Of a stretch of 64,000 nucleotides of DNA, positions 38,021 through 48,095 are shown piece after piece. The translations under genes were made by a program, and so were the position numbers. This stretch comes from an uncultured Clostridia bacterium (GTDB lineage Bacteria; Bacillota; Clostridia; TANB77; CAG-508), in NCBI GenBank assembly GCA_963558245.1, contig CAUWGA010000003.1, positions 1,709 to 65,708 on the forward strand, in the 5' to 3' direction. A model generated the notes under the pieces. The model worked only from the letters and a program-made list of their open reading frames with translations, was not told the origin of the DNA and did not search any database. Position 1 is the stretch's first letter; each line of letters starts with the position of its first letter.

Positions 38021-38962
38021 TTATTGGGCTACACTTACTGGTAAATATCTAACTCCCCATGCTAATGCTTCTGAATGTGAATTAACAAAAATATCTATTT
38101 TGTTTCCTTTTATTGCTCCACCTCTATCTTCTACTACATATGTGTGTCCACCTATATTTAATTTTGTTCCAAATGCAAATTTTGATGATGCTGCAACTGT
38201 TCTTCCTGCTGTTGCTTTTGTTCCTGCAGCAGTTCTGCCATTTGTTTTTCCACAACATTTTGCACATGGGCAATATGCTGTTATTTTATATACTGTTCCT
38301 CCTGCATTCGCATTTGTTCCTCTTGGTAAGCTAGAACTTCTTGATGTAACATTTGTTGTAACTTTTTTGTTTATTTGAACTATTTTGTTTATTGGTTCTG
38401 AAATTACTTTTTCAGAAATCACTGTTTTTTCAATTTCTTTTTCATTTTGATATTTTACTTTATATGTTACTTCTTTCAAACCATCTTTACCTTGTTTTAA
38501 TACTTTACTAATAGTGTTTTCTTCTGAATTTGAAGTGTTTTTTGTAATTGTTTCATATGGTATTGTTACTTGTTCAACTACTATTTTTTCAGTAATTGGA
38601 GCATAGTTTTCTAATAATTGCTCTAATGAAGTTTCTACACCTTCTTCTGATATTTTTGATATTTGAACTTCATTGTATGATTTATCAGTTATTTGTATGC
38701 TTTGTCCTTCTTCTACTACTGCATCTAAGGCTGGGATAGTTTTTTGATTTTCTGCTAAAACAATATTGTTTTCTACTAAAATCTCTGAAACTGTAGCTTT
38801 ACCTGTTAAAGCTGACATTTCGTATCCATTTTGAAGAATAATTTTTACATCTTTCAAATCTGTGTTTACTGCCATAACAGCTATTCCTGATATTAGTATA
38901 AGAATAATTGCTACGCATATAATTTTCATAATAGATATTGAAGCTTTTTCTTCTTTATTCAT
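38021..38962 (-). CDS. YabE-like cell-wall protein (DUF348, G5 and 3D domains)
   Basis: N-terminal TM helix. DUF348-like VKIILQNGYEMSALTGKATVSEIL and G5-like VLKQGKDGLKEVTYKVKYQN. 3D domain YKITAYCPCAKCCGKTNGRTAAG...VEDRGGAIKGNKIDIF. Start is ATG 38962, because the track extension covers the RBS. Confidence 0.8.
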   Translation of the reverse strand: MNKEEKASISIMKIICVAIILILISGIAVMAVNTDLKDVKIILQNGYEMSALTGKATVSEILVENNIVLAENQKTIPALDAVVEEGQSIQITDKSYNEVQISKISEEGVETSLEQLLENYAPITEKIVVEQVTIPYETITKNTSNSEENTISKVLKQGKDGLKEVTYKVKYQNEKEIEKTVISEKVISEPINKIVQINKKVTTNVTSRSSSLPRGTNANAGGTVYKITAYCPCAKCCGKTNGRTAAGTKATAGRTVAASSKFAFGTKLNIGGHTYVVEDRGGAIKGNKIDIFVNSHSEALAWGVRYLPVSVAQ

Positions 38963-38988
38963 AATTACCTCCTTTTGGCAACACATTT

Positions 38989-39017
38989 ATTATAACATTT
39001 TTTATATTTGTTGTCAA
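38989..39017 (-). promoter_or_regulatory. Consensus sigma-A promoter of the YabE-like gene
   Basis: Minus strand: TTGACA, a 17-nt spacer, then TATAAT, 26 nt upstream of the ATG. Confidence 0.6.
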
Positions 39018-39232
39018 ATTTAACCAAATGCTGATTTCTCTAGCCTTACATTTAACTGGCTTTGTCCTAATTTTCTGTAAGTAGCTTTTTACATGGTTTT
39101 TATCTATTTATATTATATGCATAATTTTTAAAAATATTTACCAATTATTCATATTTTTGCCATATTCATATTGTATAAGTAATTTAAATATGATATTATT
39201 ATAAAAATTTTAGAAGAATAGGAGGAATTCCG

Positions 39233-39793
39233 ATGTCAATAGGATTAATTATTTTAATAGTTGTAGTTATTATTATCGTTGCAGTTATTGCCATGTATAA
39301 TGGATTAGTTCAAGCTAGGATAAAAGTTGATAATGCTTGGAGTCAAATTGATGTTCAACTTCAAAGAAGATTTGATTTAATTCCAAACTTCATTGAAACT
39401 GTTAAAGGATATATGACTCATGAAAAAGAAACTTTCGAAAAAATAACTGAACTTAGAACTTCTTGGGCTGCTGCTGAAAATGTTAGCGATAAGGCAAAAC
39501 TAGATGGTGAATTGTCTACTGCTTTAAAATCAATTATGGCTGTTTCTGAATCTTATCCAGATTTAAAGGCTAATCAAAATTTCTCAGAATTATCTGAAGA
39601 ATTAAGAAATACTGAAAATAAAATTTCTTTTGCAAGACAATTTTATAACGATTCTGTAACAATATATAATACAAAATTGGAAGTATTTCCATCTAATATA
39701 ATCGCTGGAATGTTTAAATTTAAAGCTCGTGACTTATTCAATGCTGAAAGTGATGAAGCTAGAAAAAATGTTAAAGTTGACTTTAGCAAATAG
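39233..39793 (+). CDS. lemA: LemA family protein
   Basis: N-terminal TM helix plus QLQRRFDLIPNFIETVKGY. RBS AGGAGG. Confidence 0.85.
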   Translation: MSIGLIILIVVVIIIVAVIAMYNGLVQARIKVDNAWSQIDVQLQRRFDLIPNFIETVKGYMTHEKETFEKITELRTSWAAAENVSDKAKLDGELSTALKSIMAVSESYPDLKANQNFSELSEELRNTENKISFARQFYNDSVTIYNTKLEVFPSNIIAGMFKFKARDLFNAESDEARKNVKVDFSK

Positions 39794-39800
39794 TTACAAT

Positions 39801-39838
39801 GAGACAAATTAAGGGGCATCCCTAGATTGTCTCTTTTT
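39801..39838 (+). terminator. Rho-independent terminator after lemA
   Basis: GAGACAA / TTGTCTC stem enclosing GGGGCATCCC, followed by TTTTT. Confidence 0.6.
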
Positions 39839-39917
39839 ATTATTATAAAAGATTATTTAAAATTTAATAATCAGTAATTTTAAAAACAAATATAATAGAG
39901 AAAGGAGTTTTTGTTTT

Positions 39918-40826
39918 ATGTTTGAAAATACACGAAAAAACAAAATAGAATCAGGTATTATAATTGGAATTTTTATTTTAGTAATTACTTTAATTGTTTA
40001 TTACATATGTAATGCTTTAAATTTAGGAGCATTTTCAATTATTATAGCTTTGATTTTTTCAATTTCTTCCGCATGGTTTTCTTACTATTATAGTGATAAA
40101 ATTGTTTTATCTGTAAATAACGCAAGACCTGCTAATGAAGAAGAGAACAAAAAGTTAGTGAATATTTTTGATTCATTGATGGTTTCTTCTGGACTGCCTT
40201 GCAAGCCTCGTCTATATATTGTAGAAGATGCTCAACCGAATGCTTTTGCAACAGGTAGAAACCCTCAAAATGCTGTTGTTTGCGTCACAACTGGTTTATT
40301 AGAAAAACTTGATTACTATGAATTAGAAGGTGTTTTAGCTCATGAAATAAGCCATATTAGAAATTATGATATTCGTTTAAGTTGTATTGTTTCTGTTATG
40401 GTTGGATTTATTGTAATGATTTCCGACATGTTTTCCAGAGCATTGTTTTGGGGAGGATTTGCAGATAATGATAATGATAGCGATAATAATGGAAATGCTA
40501 TTTTAATGGTTATAGGTTTAGTATTTTTAATTTTGTCACCTATTTTTGGTTCATTGATGCAACTTGCTTTATCTAGGAAAAGAGAATTTTTAGCAGATAG
40601 TACCGCTGTTGAGATTACTCGTAATCCAGATGGATTAATTTCTGCTTTAGAAAAGTTAGAAACTGACCCTAATCAGCTACATACTGCTAATAGTGCTACT
40701 GCTAATATGTATATTGTGAATCCATTTAAAAAGAATACTAAAGAAGGTAAAAAGAAATCTTCTAGCATTTGGTCTACTCATCCAAGTACAGCTGATAGAA
40801 TTGAAGCTTTAAGAAATATTAAGTAA
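39918..40826 (+). CDS. htpX: Zinc metalloprotease HtpX (M48)
   Basis: HEISHIRN zinc motif, four TM segments and a C-terminal STHPSTADRI. Confidence 0.88.
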   Translation: MFENTRKNKIESGIIIGIFILVITLIVYYICNALNLGAFSIIIALIFSISSAWFSYYYSDKIVLSVNNARPANEEENKKLVNIFDSLMVSSGLPCKPRLYIVEDAQPNAFATGRNPQNAVVCVTTGLLEKLDYYELEGVLAHEISHIRNYDIRLSCIVSVMVGFIVMISDMFSRALFWGGFADNDNDSDNNGNAILMVIGLVFLILSPIFGSLMQLALSRKREFLADSTAVEITRNPDGLISALEKLETDPNQLHTANSATANMYIVNPFKKNTKEGKKKSSSIWSTHPSTADRIEALRNIK

Positions 40827-40851
40827 TATTTACATTACAACACATTATATA

Positions 40852-40895
40852 AAAAGAAGTTTCTACATTATAAACAAATGTAGAAACTTCTTTTT
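40852..40895. terminator. Bidirectional terminator between htpX and the convergent small membrane gene
   Basis: 17-bp stem AAAAGAAGTTTCTACAT / ATGTAGAAACTTCTTTT with A and T runs on both sides. Confidence 0.7.
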
Positions 40896-40898
40896 ATT

Positions 40899-41354
40899 TT
40901 AAAATTCTGTGTTTTTTTCTATTTTATAATCATATGCATCAGTATAGTCTAATGAAGAAACCATATATATTTTAGTGCTTTCTCCAACTTTTGTTGGATT
41001 AATTATTCCTTTAAGTTTAACTAACTCTGTTCCTTCTTTATCTAATAGTGTGATTACTATTGGTATAAGCTGTATGTCTGTTTGCGTTGTATTATTTACA
41101 TTTATTAGCATTTCTGTTTTTGAATCATATGATACTAACTCTTCTTTTTTCAATGTCAATCCTTCAAATGTTTTTAGTTCTTCCATTTTTTCACTGTTAT
41201 TTGTTTTTTTGCCATTTTCATCAGTAGTTACCCAGTATATGCTATTATCTATTGTTTCTTTATTATTATCTTTATTTTTTATTGATACCATAATTATCAC
41301 AGCTATAATTATTAATATTGTTAATAATATTAATATTATTTTTTTATTTTTCAT
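40899..41354 (-). CDS. Small N-terminally anchored hypothetical protein, co-transcribed with P3
   Basis: MKNKKIILILLTILIIIAVIIMVSI anchor. RBS AGAGGGA. The gap after the P3 stop is 22 nt. Confidence 0.5.
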   Translation of the reverse strand: MKNKKIILILLTILIIIAVIIMVSIKNKDNNKETIDNSIYWVTTDENGKKTNNSEKMEELKTFEGLTLKKEELVSYDSKTEMLINVNNTTQTDIQLIPIVITLLDKEGTELVKLKGIINPTKVGESTKIYMVSSLDYTDAYDYKIEKNTEF

Positions 41355-41376
41355 ATTTAATAATCCCTCTTTTAAC

Positions 41377-44300
41377 TTAATAATTTTCTGTATATGATGT
41401 TTGCTTTCCGTCAGGACTTATTGTAGCCACCCATCCTTTAGAAACATTCCCTGCTACGTCTGATATCTCTACATACATTTTTATTGTTCTTTGTGTAAAA
41501 CTATTATCATTCATCGGAATTACACATCTATAAGAATAACTTTGTGACCCTGTAATATAACCTTCTGTATTTCCATACATCGGAGCAAATTCAATCATTG
41601 TTTGTTTATTATACGAATATTCTAAATCTGTTTTATAGTAACAATCAATTTTAGCAATTCCAGATTCATTTTCTTTAATTGCATTTAATTGAAGATATGC
41701 CTCTCTTTTAACTTGATCTCTAGATATCGCCATCATTCCTTTTTGCATTTTAGTTGGAGGTGTTTTATCTATATTAGTTATATTATAACTTGCATGTCCT
41801 CCTGATGTGTATCCATCTGTTAACCTTGCATAAATTGTTCCATTTTGTTTTACTGCTATTCTATTAGTTGTCACCCAACTATACTCATCTAAAGGATTTC
41901 CTGTTGTTAACTGTAAAGTCCATTTCGTTTCAGATGTTCTAACACTTACATTTACATCTTGATTTGTCCATCTAGTTACATCTGGTGTAAACCATACATT
42001 TGTATTTGTTATTAGTGATGGTATTTGAGCTTGCCATCTTGCATATATAGTTGTATTTCCTGTTGGTGTGTATGTTCCTCCTGCATCTCCTACTTTACTT
42101 CCTCCTGTTGATGATGTATACCATCCTAAAAATGTATATCCTTCTTTTGTTGGTCTTGGTAATGTTATACCTATATGACTATAATTTGCTGTCAATGTTC
42201 CATTTTGACTTCCAAATGTATATGTATTCCCATATATTCTTCCTCCTCCTGATATTGACCAACCATTAAAAGAATAATATGAACTACTTGATGTTTGATT
42301 TACATTTCCTCCATTTGCATTAAATGTAACTCTATATCCTGATGGTGATGTTGGAGTTGGTATTGTTACCTGTTCTCCTTCTTTTCCCGTTTTTATCGTT
42401 CCTCCTGATATGCTTCCTTGTCCTGGGTTTATTGTTAGTGTATATCTTGGAAGTGAATTTGTTGTTACTGTTTTATATGCACTTTTGTTTCCTGCTTCAT
42501 CCTTTACCCATACATAATATGTTGTACCTTCATTTAATCCTGATACAGTTATATTTAAATTATTTGTTTTTCCAACAGTTATGAAACTACCTGGAAAACT
42601 ATTAGTTGAAATTGCATATCCATTTATTCCTGTACCACTATCTGTTGCTTCTATTGTTATTGACGTTGTTCCTGGTATTAATCTAGTAATGTTTGGTGCT
42701 GTCCTATCTTCCCATCTTGCATATATAATTGTATTTCCTGTTGGTGTGTATGTTCCTCCTGCATCTCCTACTTTACTTCCTCCTGTTGATGATGTATACC
42801 ATCCTAAAAATGTATATCCTTCTTTTGTTGGTCTTGGTAATGTTATACCTATATGACTATAATTTGCTGTCAATGTTCCATTTTGACTTCCAAATGTATA
42901 TGTATTCCCATATATTCTTCCTCCTCCTGATATTGACCAACCATTAAAAGAATAATATGAACTACTTGATGTTTGATTTACATTTCCTCCATTTGCATTA
43001 AATGTAACTCTATATCCTGATGGTGATGTTGGAGTTGGTATTATTACCTGATCTCCTTCTTTCCCTATTTTTGTCGTTCCTCCTGTTATACTTCCTTGTC
43101 CTGGATTTATTGTTAATGTATATCTCGGAACAGCATTTGTTGTTACTGTTTTATATTCACTTTGATTTCCTGCTTCATCTTTTACCCATACATAATATGT
43201 TGTACCTTCATTTAACCCCGATACTGCTATATTTAAATTATTTGTTTTTCCAACAGTTATAAAGCTACCTGGAACACTATTAGTTGAAATTGCATATCTA
43301 TTTATTCCTGTACCACTATCTGTTGCTTCTATTGTTATTGACGTTGTCCCTGGTATTAATCTAGTAATGTTTGGTGGCGTCCTATCTTCCCATCTTGCAT
43401 ATATTGTTATATTTCCTGATGGTGTGTATATATTTCCTGCATCTCCTACTTTGCTTCCTCCTGTTGATGATGTATACCACCCTAAAAATGTATAGCCTTC
43501 TCTTGTTGGGGTTGGTAAAGTTACTCCTACATGGCTATAACTTGCCGTTATTGTTCCGTTTTGATTTCCAAATGTATATGTATTCCCGGATATTGTTCCT
43601 CCTCCAGACAAAGTCCATTTGTTAAAAGTATAATTTGAATTAATTGACGTTTGACTTACTTTTCCTCCATTTCCATTTAATGTTACCGTGTATCCTGATG
43701 GTGATGTTGGAGCTGGTATTGTTATTTGCTCTCCATTTTTTCCTGTTTTTGTTGTTTCTCCTGTAATACTTCCTTGCCCTGGATTTATTGTTAATGTGTA
43801 TCTTGGAACAGCACTTGTTGTTACTGTTTTATGTTCACTCTGATTTCCCGCTTCATCTTTTACCCACACATAATATGTTGTATTTTCTTTTAATTCTGAT
43901 ACTGTTATATTTAAATTATTTGTTTTTCCTACTGAGACAAAGCTACCTGGAACGGCACTTGTTGAAATTGCATATTTATTTATTCCTGTTCCACTATCTG
44001 TTGCTTCTATTGTTATTGATGTTGTTCCTGCAGTTAGTCTTGTAATCTTTGGTGCTATTTTATCTTCCCATCTTGCATATATTGTTACATTTCCTGTTGG
44101 CACATATTTACTCCCTGCATCTCCTACTTTGCTTCCTCCTGTTACTGATGTATACCACCCTAAAAATGTATAGCCTTCTCTTGTTGGAGTTGGTAAAATT
44201 ACTCCTATATGATTATAACTTGCTGTTAATGTTCCATCTTGAGTTCCAAATGTATATGTATTTCCAGATATTGTTCCTCCTCCAGATAACGTCCATTTAT

Positions 44301-45147
44301 CAAAAGTGTAGTTTGAATTGATTGCTACTTGGCTTACGCTCCCACCATTTCCATTTAGCGTTATCTTATATCCTAATGGTGCTGTAGGAGTTGATATTGT
44401 TATTTGTTCACCATTTTTTCCGGTTTTTGTAGTTTCTCCTACTATACTTCCTTGTCCTGGATTTATTGTTAATGTGTATTTTGGATCCTCAACTATTTTT
44501 TTATTGTATATTATTATTACTTTTTTTATATTTTTATCTAACGCAATAGTATCTGTTAATTTAACATCTTGTTTACTGCCATCTAATTTTTCTATTTCTG
44601 CTCTTTCAAATTCATAATTGTTTTTTTTCTTTATTTCTTCACTTAATTCAAGTTTACCTACGTTTATATTTTCATTTGTATATTCTTGCAATTTTCTACT
44701 TATTACGGTTCCATCTGATGTTTTATATTCTATTACTAATTTTAATTCTATAGAATCAGTCACATCACCTTCTGCTGTCACATAGTATTTTCTTTTTGTT
44801 TCTAAATATTCTATTCCAAATATATATGGACCTTGATCTTGTATAATGCTTACATCTATTTTTTGACTATTATAGTTATTTCTTAATTTTTGCTCGAGTT
44901 TGTCTCTATCTGTTATTTCTACTTTTCCGTTCCTTTTTTCTCCTATTAGTGCTACTATTGACATGTCTATATTTTCTTTTTCAGCTTGTATTTCTACTTG
45001 CTCTTTTGATTTATTTGCTTCTTTTATAATTCCATTATCACCTGTTAACATCATTATAGAAATACCTGCTAATATTAGTAAAACAATTATGGTTATTGCT
45101 AATGCAATTATTGTAACACCTTTATTATTTCTTAATTTTGATTTCAT
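41377..45147 (-). CDS. Giant modular pilin-like protein P3: non-canonical class III-like signal/anchor plus 3.6 tandem [Listeria-Bacteroides repeat x2 + Fn3/Ig-like] units plus C-terminal beta domains
   Basis: N-terminus is MKSKLRNNKG VTIIALAITIIVLLILAGISIMMLTGDNGIIKEANKSK. Repeated blocks are GYTFLGWYTS..GGSKVG...IYARWED and ATDSGTGIN.YAIST...TTYYVWVKDEAGN. Confidence 0.75.
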   Translation of the reverse strand: MKSKLRNNKGVTIIALAITIIVLLILAGISIMMLTGDNGIIKEANKSKEQVEIQAEKENIDMSIVALIGEKRNGKVEITDRDKLEQKLRNNYNSQKIDVSIIQDQGPYIFGIEYLETKRKYYVTAEGDVTDSIELKLVIEYKTSDGTVISRKLQEYTNENINVGKLELSEEIKKKNNYEFERAEIEKLDGSKQDVKLTDTIALDKNIKKVIIIYNKKIVEDPKYTLTINPGQGSIVGETTKTGKNGEQITISTPTAPLGYKITLNGNGGSVSQVAINSNYTFDKWTLSGGGTISGNTYTFGTQDGTLTASYNHIGVILPTPTREGYTFLGWYTSVTGGSKVGDAGSKYVPTGNVTIYARWEDKIAPKITRLTAGTTSITIEATDSGTGINKYAISTSAVPGSFVSVGKTNNLNITVSELKENTTYYVWVKDEAGNQSEHKTVTTSAVPRYTLTINPGQGSITGETTKTGKNGEQITIPAPTSPSGYTVTLNGNGGKVSQTSINSNYTFNKWTLSGGGTISGNTYTFGNQNGTITASYSHVGVTLPTPTREGYTFLGWYTSSTGGSKVGDAGNIYTPSGNITIYARWEDRTPPNITRLIPGTTSITIEATDSGTGINRYAISTNSVPGSFITVGKTNNLNIAVSGLNEGTTYYVWVKDEAGNQSEYKTVTTNAVPRYTLTINPGQGSITGGTTKIGKEGDQVIIPTPTSPSGYRVTFNANGGNVNQTSSSSYYSFNGWSISGGGRIYGNTYTFGSQNGTLTANYSHIGITLPRPTKEGYTFLGWYTSSTGGSKVGDAGGTYTPTGNTIIYARWEDRTAPNITRLIPGTTSITIEATDSGTGINGYAISTNSFPGSFITVGKTNNLNITVSGLNEGTTYYVWVKDEAGNKSAYKTVTTNSLPRYTLTINPGQGSISGGTIKTGKEGEQVTIPTPTSPSGYRVTFNANGGNVNQTSSSSYYSFNGWSISGGGRIYGNTYTFGSQNGTLTANYSHIGITLPRPTKEGYTFLGWYTSSTGGSKVGDAGGTYTPTGNTTIYARWQAQIPSLITNTNVWFTPDVTRWTNQDVNVSVRTSETKWTLQLTTGNPLDEYSWVTTNRIAVKQNGTIYARLTDGYTSGGHASYNITNIDKTPPTKMQKGMMAISRDQVKREAYLQLNAIKENESGIAKIDCYYKTDLEYSYNKQTMIEFAPMYGNTEGYITGSQSYSYRCVIPMNDNSFTQRTIKMYVEISDVAGNVSKGWVATISPDGKQTSYTENY
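42031..44484. repeat. In-frame 678-bp (226-codon) tandem repeat array, 3.6 units, inside P3
   Basis: Unit boundaries are 44484, 43806, 43128 and 42450. 42051-42362 and 42729-43040 look identical by eye, and the track shows identical spurious plus-strand peptides at 42051 and 42729. Confidence 0.9.
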
Positions 45148-45194
45148 AAACCAGTTCCTCCCATTTTTTAAAAAATATACATATAAACAGCAAC

Positions 45195-45219
45195 AAAAAC
45201 CTGATTATATCAGGCTTTT
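45195..45219 (-). terminator. Terminator after tatD
   Basis: CCTGAT / ATCAGG stem extended by A:T pairs, followed by TTTTT on the minus strand. Confidence 0.5.
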
Positions 45220-45374
45220 ATCACTATTTTCATTATCAAATCTACCTTTAAAGATGTTCTTTGTTTGATATGTATATTTTCACTTACATTTATACATTTT
45301 ATATCATGTATTTTCCCCATTTTTCATATCCTCTTTTGTTGATATATTATATACTAGTAATATTACAAAATTTT

Positions 45375-46181
45375 TTATTTTTTGTCAATAATCCTAAAAA
45401 TTTTTTCAGCATTTTTGTATGTAATTTCTGCTATTTGTTCTACACCCAAACCCTTTACTTGTGATATTTTTTCAGCCATATATTTTACATTTCTAGGATC
45501 ATTCCTTGTTCCTCTATGTGGTTCTGGTGCTAAATATGGACTGTCAGTTTCAATTAATATTTTGTCATTTGGTACCATTTCTATTATTTCATTTGCATTT
45601 TTAGAATTTTTAAATGTTATTGGTCCTGCAAATGATATATAAAACCCTAATTTAAGTCCTTCTTTTATTAATTCTCTATTTAATGGACAGCAATGAAATA
45701 TTCCTTTGCTTTTTACTGGATTTTCTTTCAATATTTGTATTGTATCCATTACAGCTTCTCTTGTGTGTATTACTATCGGTAATTCTAATTCATTTGCTAT
45801 TTTTATCTGTTCTATAAATGCTTGTTTTTGTAATTCTTTATTTTCTTTATTCCAATAATAATCTAATCCTATTTCTCCTATTGCTACAACTTTTCCATTA
45901 TTATTTATTGATTGGTTTTGCCCTGCTAATTCTTTTATTTCAGATAACGTTTTCCACAATTCTTCTTCTTTTTGTGGAATATCATTTGGTGAAATGCCAC
46001 ATGTTGCATATATAAATTCATATTTCTTTGATAACTCTATTGCTTTTTTACTTCCTTCTAAGCTATAACCTGCTGATATAAATTTTTCTACACCTTCATT
46101 ATGAATTTTTTCTATTAATTCTTTTCTATCTTCATTAAATTTTTCATCATCTAAATGTGCATGTGAGTCAAATAATTTCAT
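45375..46181 (-). CDS. tatD: TatD-family metal-dependent hydrolase/DNase
   Basis: MKLFDSHAHLDD start and IGEIGLDY motif. Start is ATG 46181 (RBS AAGGTGA). Confidence 0.88.
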   Translation of the reverse strand: MKLFDSHAHLDDEKFNEDRKELIEKIHNEGVEKFISAGYSLEGSKKAIELSKKYEFIYATCGISPNDIPQKEEELWKTLSEIKELAGQNQSINNNGKVVAIGEIGLDYYWNKENKELQKQAFIEQIKIANELELPIVIHTREAVMDTIQILKENPVKSKGIFHCCPLNRELIKEGLKLGFYISFAGPITFKNSKNANEIIEMVPNDKILIETDSPYLAPEPHRGTRNDPRNVKYMAEKISQVKGLGVEQIAEITYKNAEKIFRIIDKK

Positions 46182-46243
46182 ACAAATTTCACCTTTCATT
46201 TTATTTATTACTATTAATTATATAATCATAAAAAATAACGCAA

Positions 46244-46363
46244 AAGTCTTTGTATTTATATCTTTTTTACGAAATGTGGGGACCATTTTAGAAAATGTTT
46301 GAACAAAGCGAAAATACATTTTCTTAAATGGGGATAGTAAAAAAATATAAATACAAAGACTTT
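46244..46363. repeat. About 120-bp palindrome between acpS and tatD
   Basis: Outer arms 46244-46262 (AAAGTCTTTGTATTTATAT) and 46345-46363 are perfect 19-bp complements. Inner arms are CCATTTTAGAAAATGT and ACATTTTCTTAAATGG. Confidence 0.75.
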
Positions 46364-46377
46364 AGTAATTACCTAAT

Positions 46378-46755
46378 TTATTGTATTACAATAACCACAT
46401 TTGCTACTGCATATTCTTTACAATGTGAAATACTTACATCTATATCTTCTTTAAGTGCTTCTAACTCTGGACATAAAATATTTATCTTAGGTCTTCCCTG
46501 TTTATCATTTATTACTTCTATGCTTTTCCATGATATATCATATTTATTTTCTAACTTCCATGATATGGCTTTAAAAAAAGCTTCTTTTACTGCAAATCTA
46601 GCAGCATAATGTTGATATTTTTGATTTTTTTTACTTTCGCAATATTCTATTTCATTTTTTGTATAAATTTTATTTATACAATGCTCTCCTAAGCTTTCTA
46701 TACTTTCTTTTATTCTAGATATTTCTATTATATCTGTACCACATTTTATTTTCAT
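46378..46755 (-). CDS. acpS: Holo-[acyl-carrier-protein] synthase
   Basis: MKIKCGTDIIEISRI... and FAVKEAFFKA. Start is ATG 46755 (RBS GGAAGGAAAG). Confidence 0.88.
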   Translation of the reverse strand: MKIKCGTDIIEISRIKESIESLGEHCINKIYTKNEIEYCESKKNQKYQHYAARFAVKEAFFKAISWKLENKYDISWKSIEVINDKQGRPKINILCPELEALKEDIDVSISHCKEYAVANVVIVIQ

Positions 46756-46826
46756 ATTAATTTCTTTCCTTCCGTACAGCATCCTTCTGCATAAATAGTT
46801 TACATTTATTGTTAATTTTTCCACTT

Positions 46827-48065
46827 TTATTTTTTGGATAAAATGAAAAAGTTTAATATATTAAATAACAACGATATTATTAATATTGCTCCTAATAAAA
46901 ATGTTATTCTCCTGTCTTTTTCTATATTTAAGTCTTTGTATAAAACATCATATTTCGTTTTCACTTCATTATATAGTTCCTCTAATTCTAATGTTTGCTG
47001 TATTTTATGGTTTAATAATGTCCCTATTTCATCTTCTGTAATTTCTTGTATCCACATTTTTTTAGTAAATTCTATAAATTCTCTTCTAGCTTTTTTTACT
47101 TGTTTAGGATCTCTCAATTTTAATGCTATTCTTTTCAAATAAAATTTCTTATATAAATTTATTATATATGTATATAAATATTGATTTTCATATTCACTTG
47201 GTAGTATGGTATAATTACTCATATCTTTACTTGATGAAAATAACATCACACCTAATTTACTTAAAGCTATTTTTGCATATTTCCACTTTGAGACTGTTAA
47301 AATATCTTGTTTTAAGATTTTTCTTTTTGATATATCATCTGCTGGTAATATATTGGCATATTTATCAAAATAATGACTAATCCCTTCAAATTCCTCAGTT
47401 TCTCCCCATGCTGATTGGTCTATACATATATATGAATATGTTAAAAATCTTTCAGTATCTATATCTAGTTTTAAACTCTCAAAACTTGAACCTGTTATTT
47501 TTCTTATAAATCCTCTAAATGTTTCTGCACTTTCAAAGCTATTTGTTTGCAAACGTATATTTTCGTAAGAATCTAGTTTAACTCCTTCTTGATTCACGTC
47601 TCTAAATTTGTAGTTAAAATTTAATATGTTTGAAAAATTATCATCTTCTTCTATATTTGTTTTCATTATTAAAAAACATATTCCAGTTTGAAAACAAACT
47701 ACTTCTATTTTACTTATTGTAAAAAATATTCCTTTTTTATCATCTATTTTCCCCTGAATGTCTTTTGGAATTGTATATTCAAAAATATTACATGGATATT
47801 TAGCAAGAATTGCCGCTCTTGTATCGATTGGCAATTCTTCTAATTTTTTTATTTTATTACTTCCAAATTCAAAACTTGAAAATAAAAAATTTCTAGTTTC
47901 TGGTAAAAAATACTGATATGTTTTTAAATCTTTTTCTTTTTGAAATGTTTTTATTCTACAATTTTTATCTTTTAACATTCTTAGTATATATCTTTGATAT
48001 CTTCCCTCCTTTATTGCAAAAGGATGTACAAAGTATGTATATTGGTAGTTTATCTTTAGTTCCAT
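46827..48065 (-). CDS. Hypothetical protein with a single C-terminal TM helix
   Basis: Long ORF with RBS AAAGGAA and the C-terminus RRITFLLGAILIISLLFNILNFFIL. I recognised no motif. Confidence 0.55.
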   Translation of the reverse strand: MELKINYQYTYFVHPFAIKEGRYQRYILRMLKDKNCRIKTFQKEKDLKTYQYFLPETRNFLFSSFEFGSNKIKKLEELPIDTRAAILAKYPCNIFEYTIPKDIQGKIDDKKGIFFTISKIEVVCFQTGICFLIMKTNIEEDDNFSNILNFNYKFRDVNQEGVKLDSYENIRLQTNSFESAETFRGFIRKITGSSFESLKLDIDTERFLTYSYICIDQSAWGETEEFEGISHYFDKYANILPADDISKRKILKQDILTVSKWKYAKIALSKLGVMLFSSSKDMSNYTILPSEYENQYLYTYIINLYKKFYLKRIALKLRDPKQVKKARREFIEFTKKMWIQEITEDEIGTLLNHKIQQTLELEELYNEVKTKYDVLYKDLNIEKDRRITFLLGAILIISLLFNILNFFILSKK

Positions 48066-48095
48066 TTTTATTTTCCTTTCTAAAGGGTTCTTTTT

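Noticed and set aside
42031-44484. A regularly spaced repeat array that could superficially suggest a CRISPR-like or satellite structure.
   Set aside because: The period is 678 bp with no short repeat/spacer alternation. The array is entirely in-frame within a long ORF encoding recognisable protein domains.
42051-44617. A series of plus-strand ORFs inside P3, two of them (42051 and 42729) giving identical 72-aa peptides.
   Set aside because: The identity simply reflects the 678-bp tandem repeat of the minus-strand gene. The sequences are hydrophobic, low-complexity antisense artefacts.
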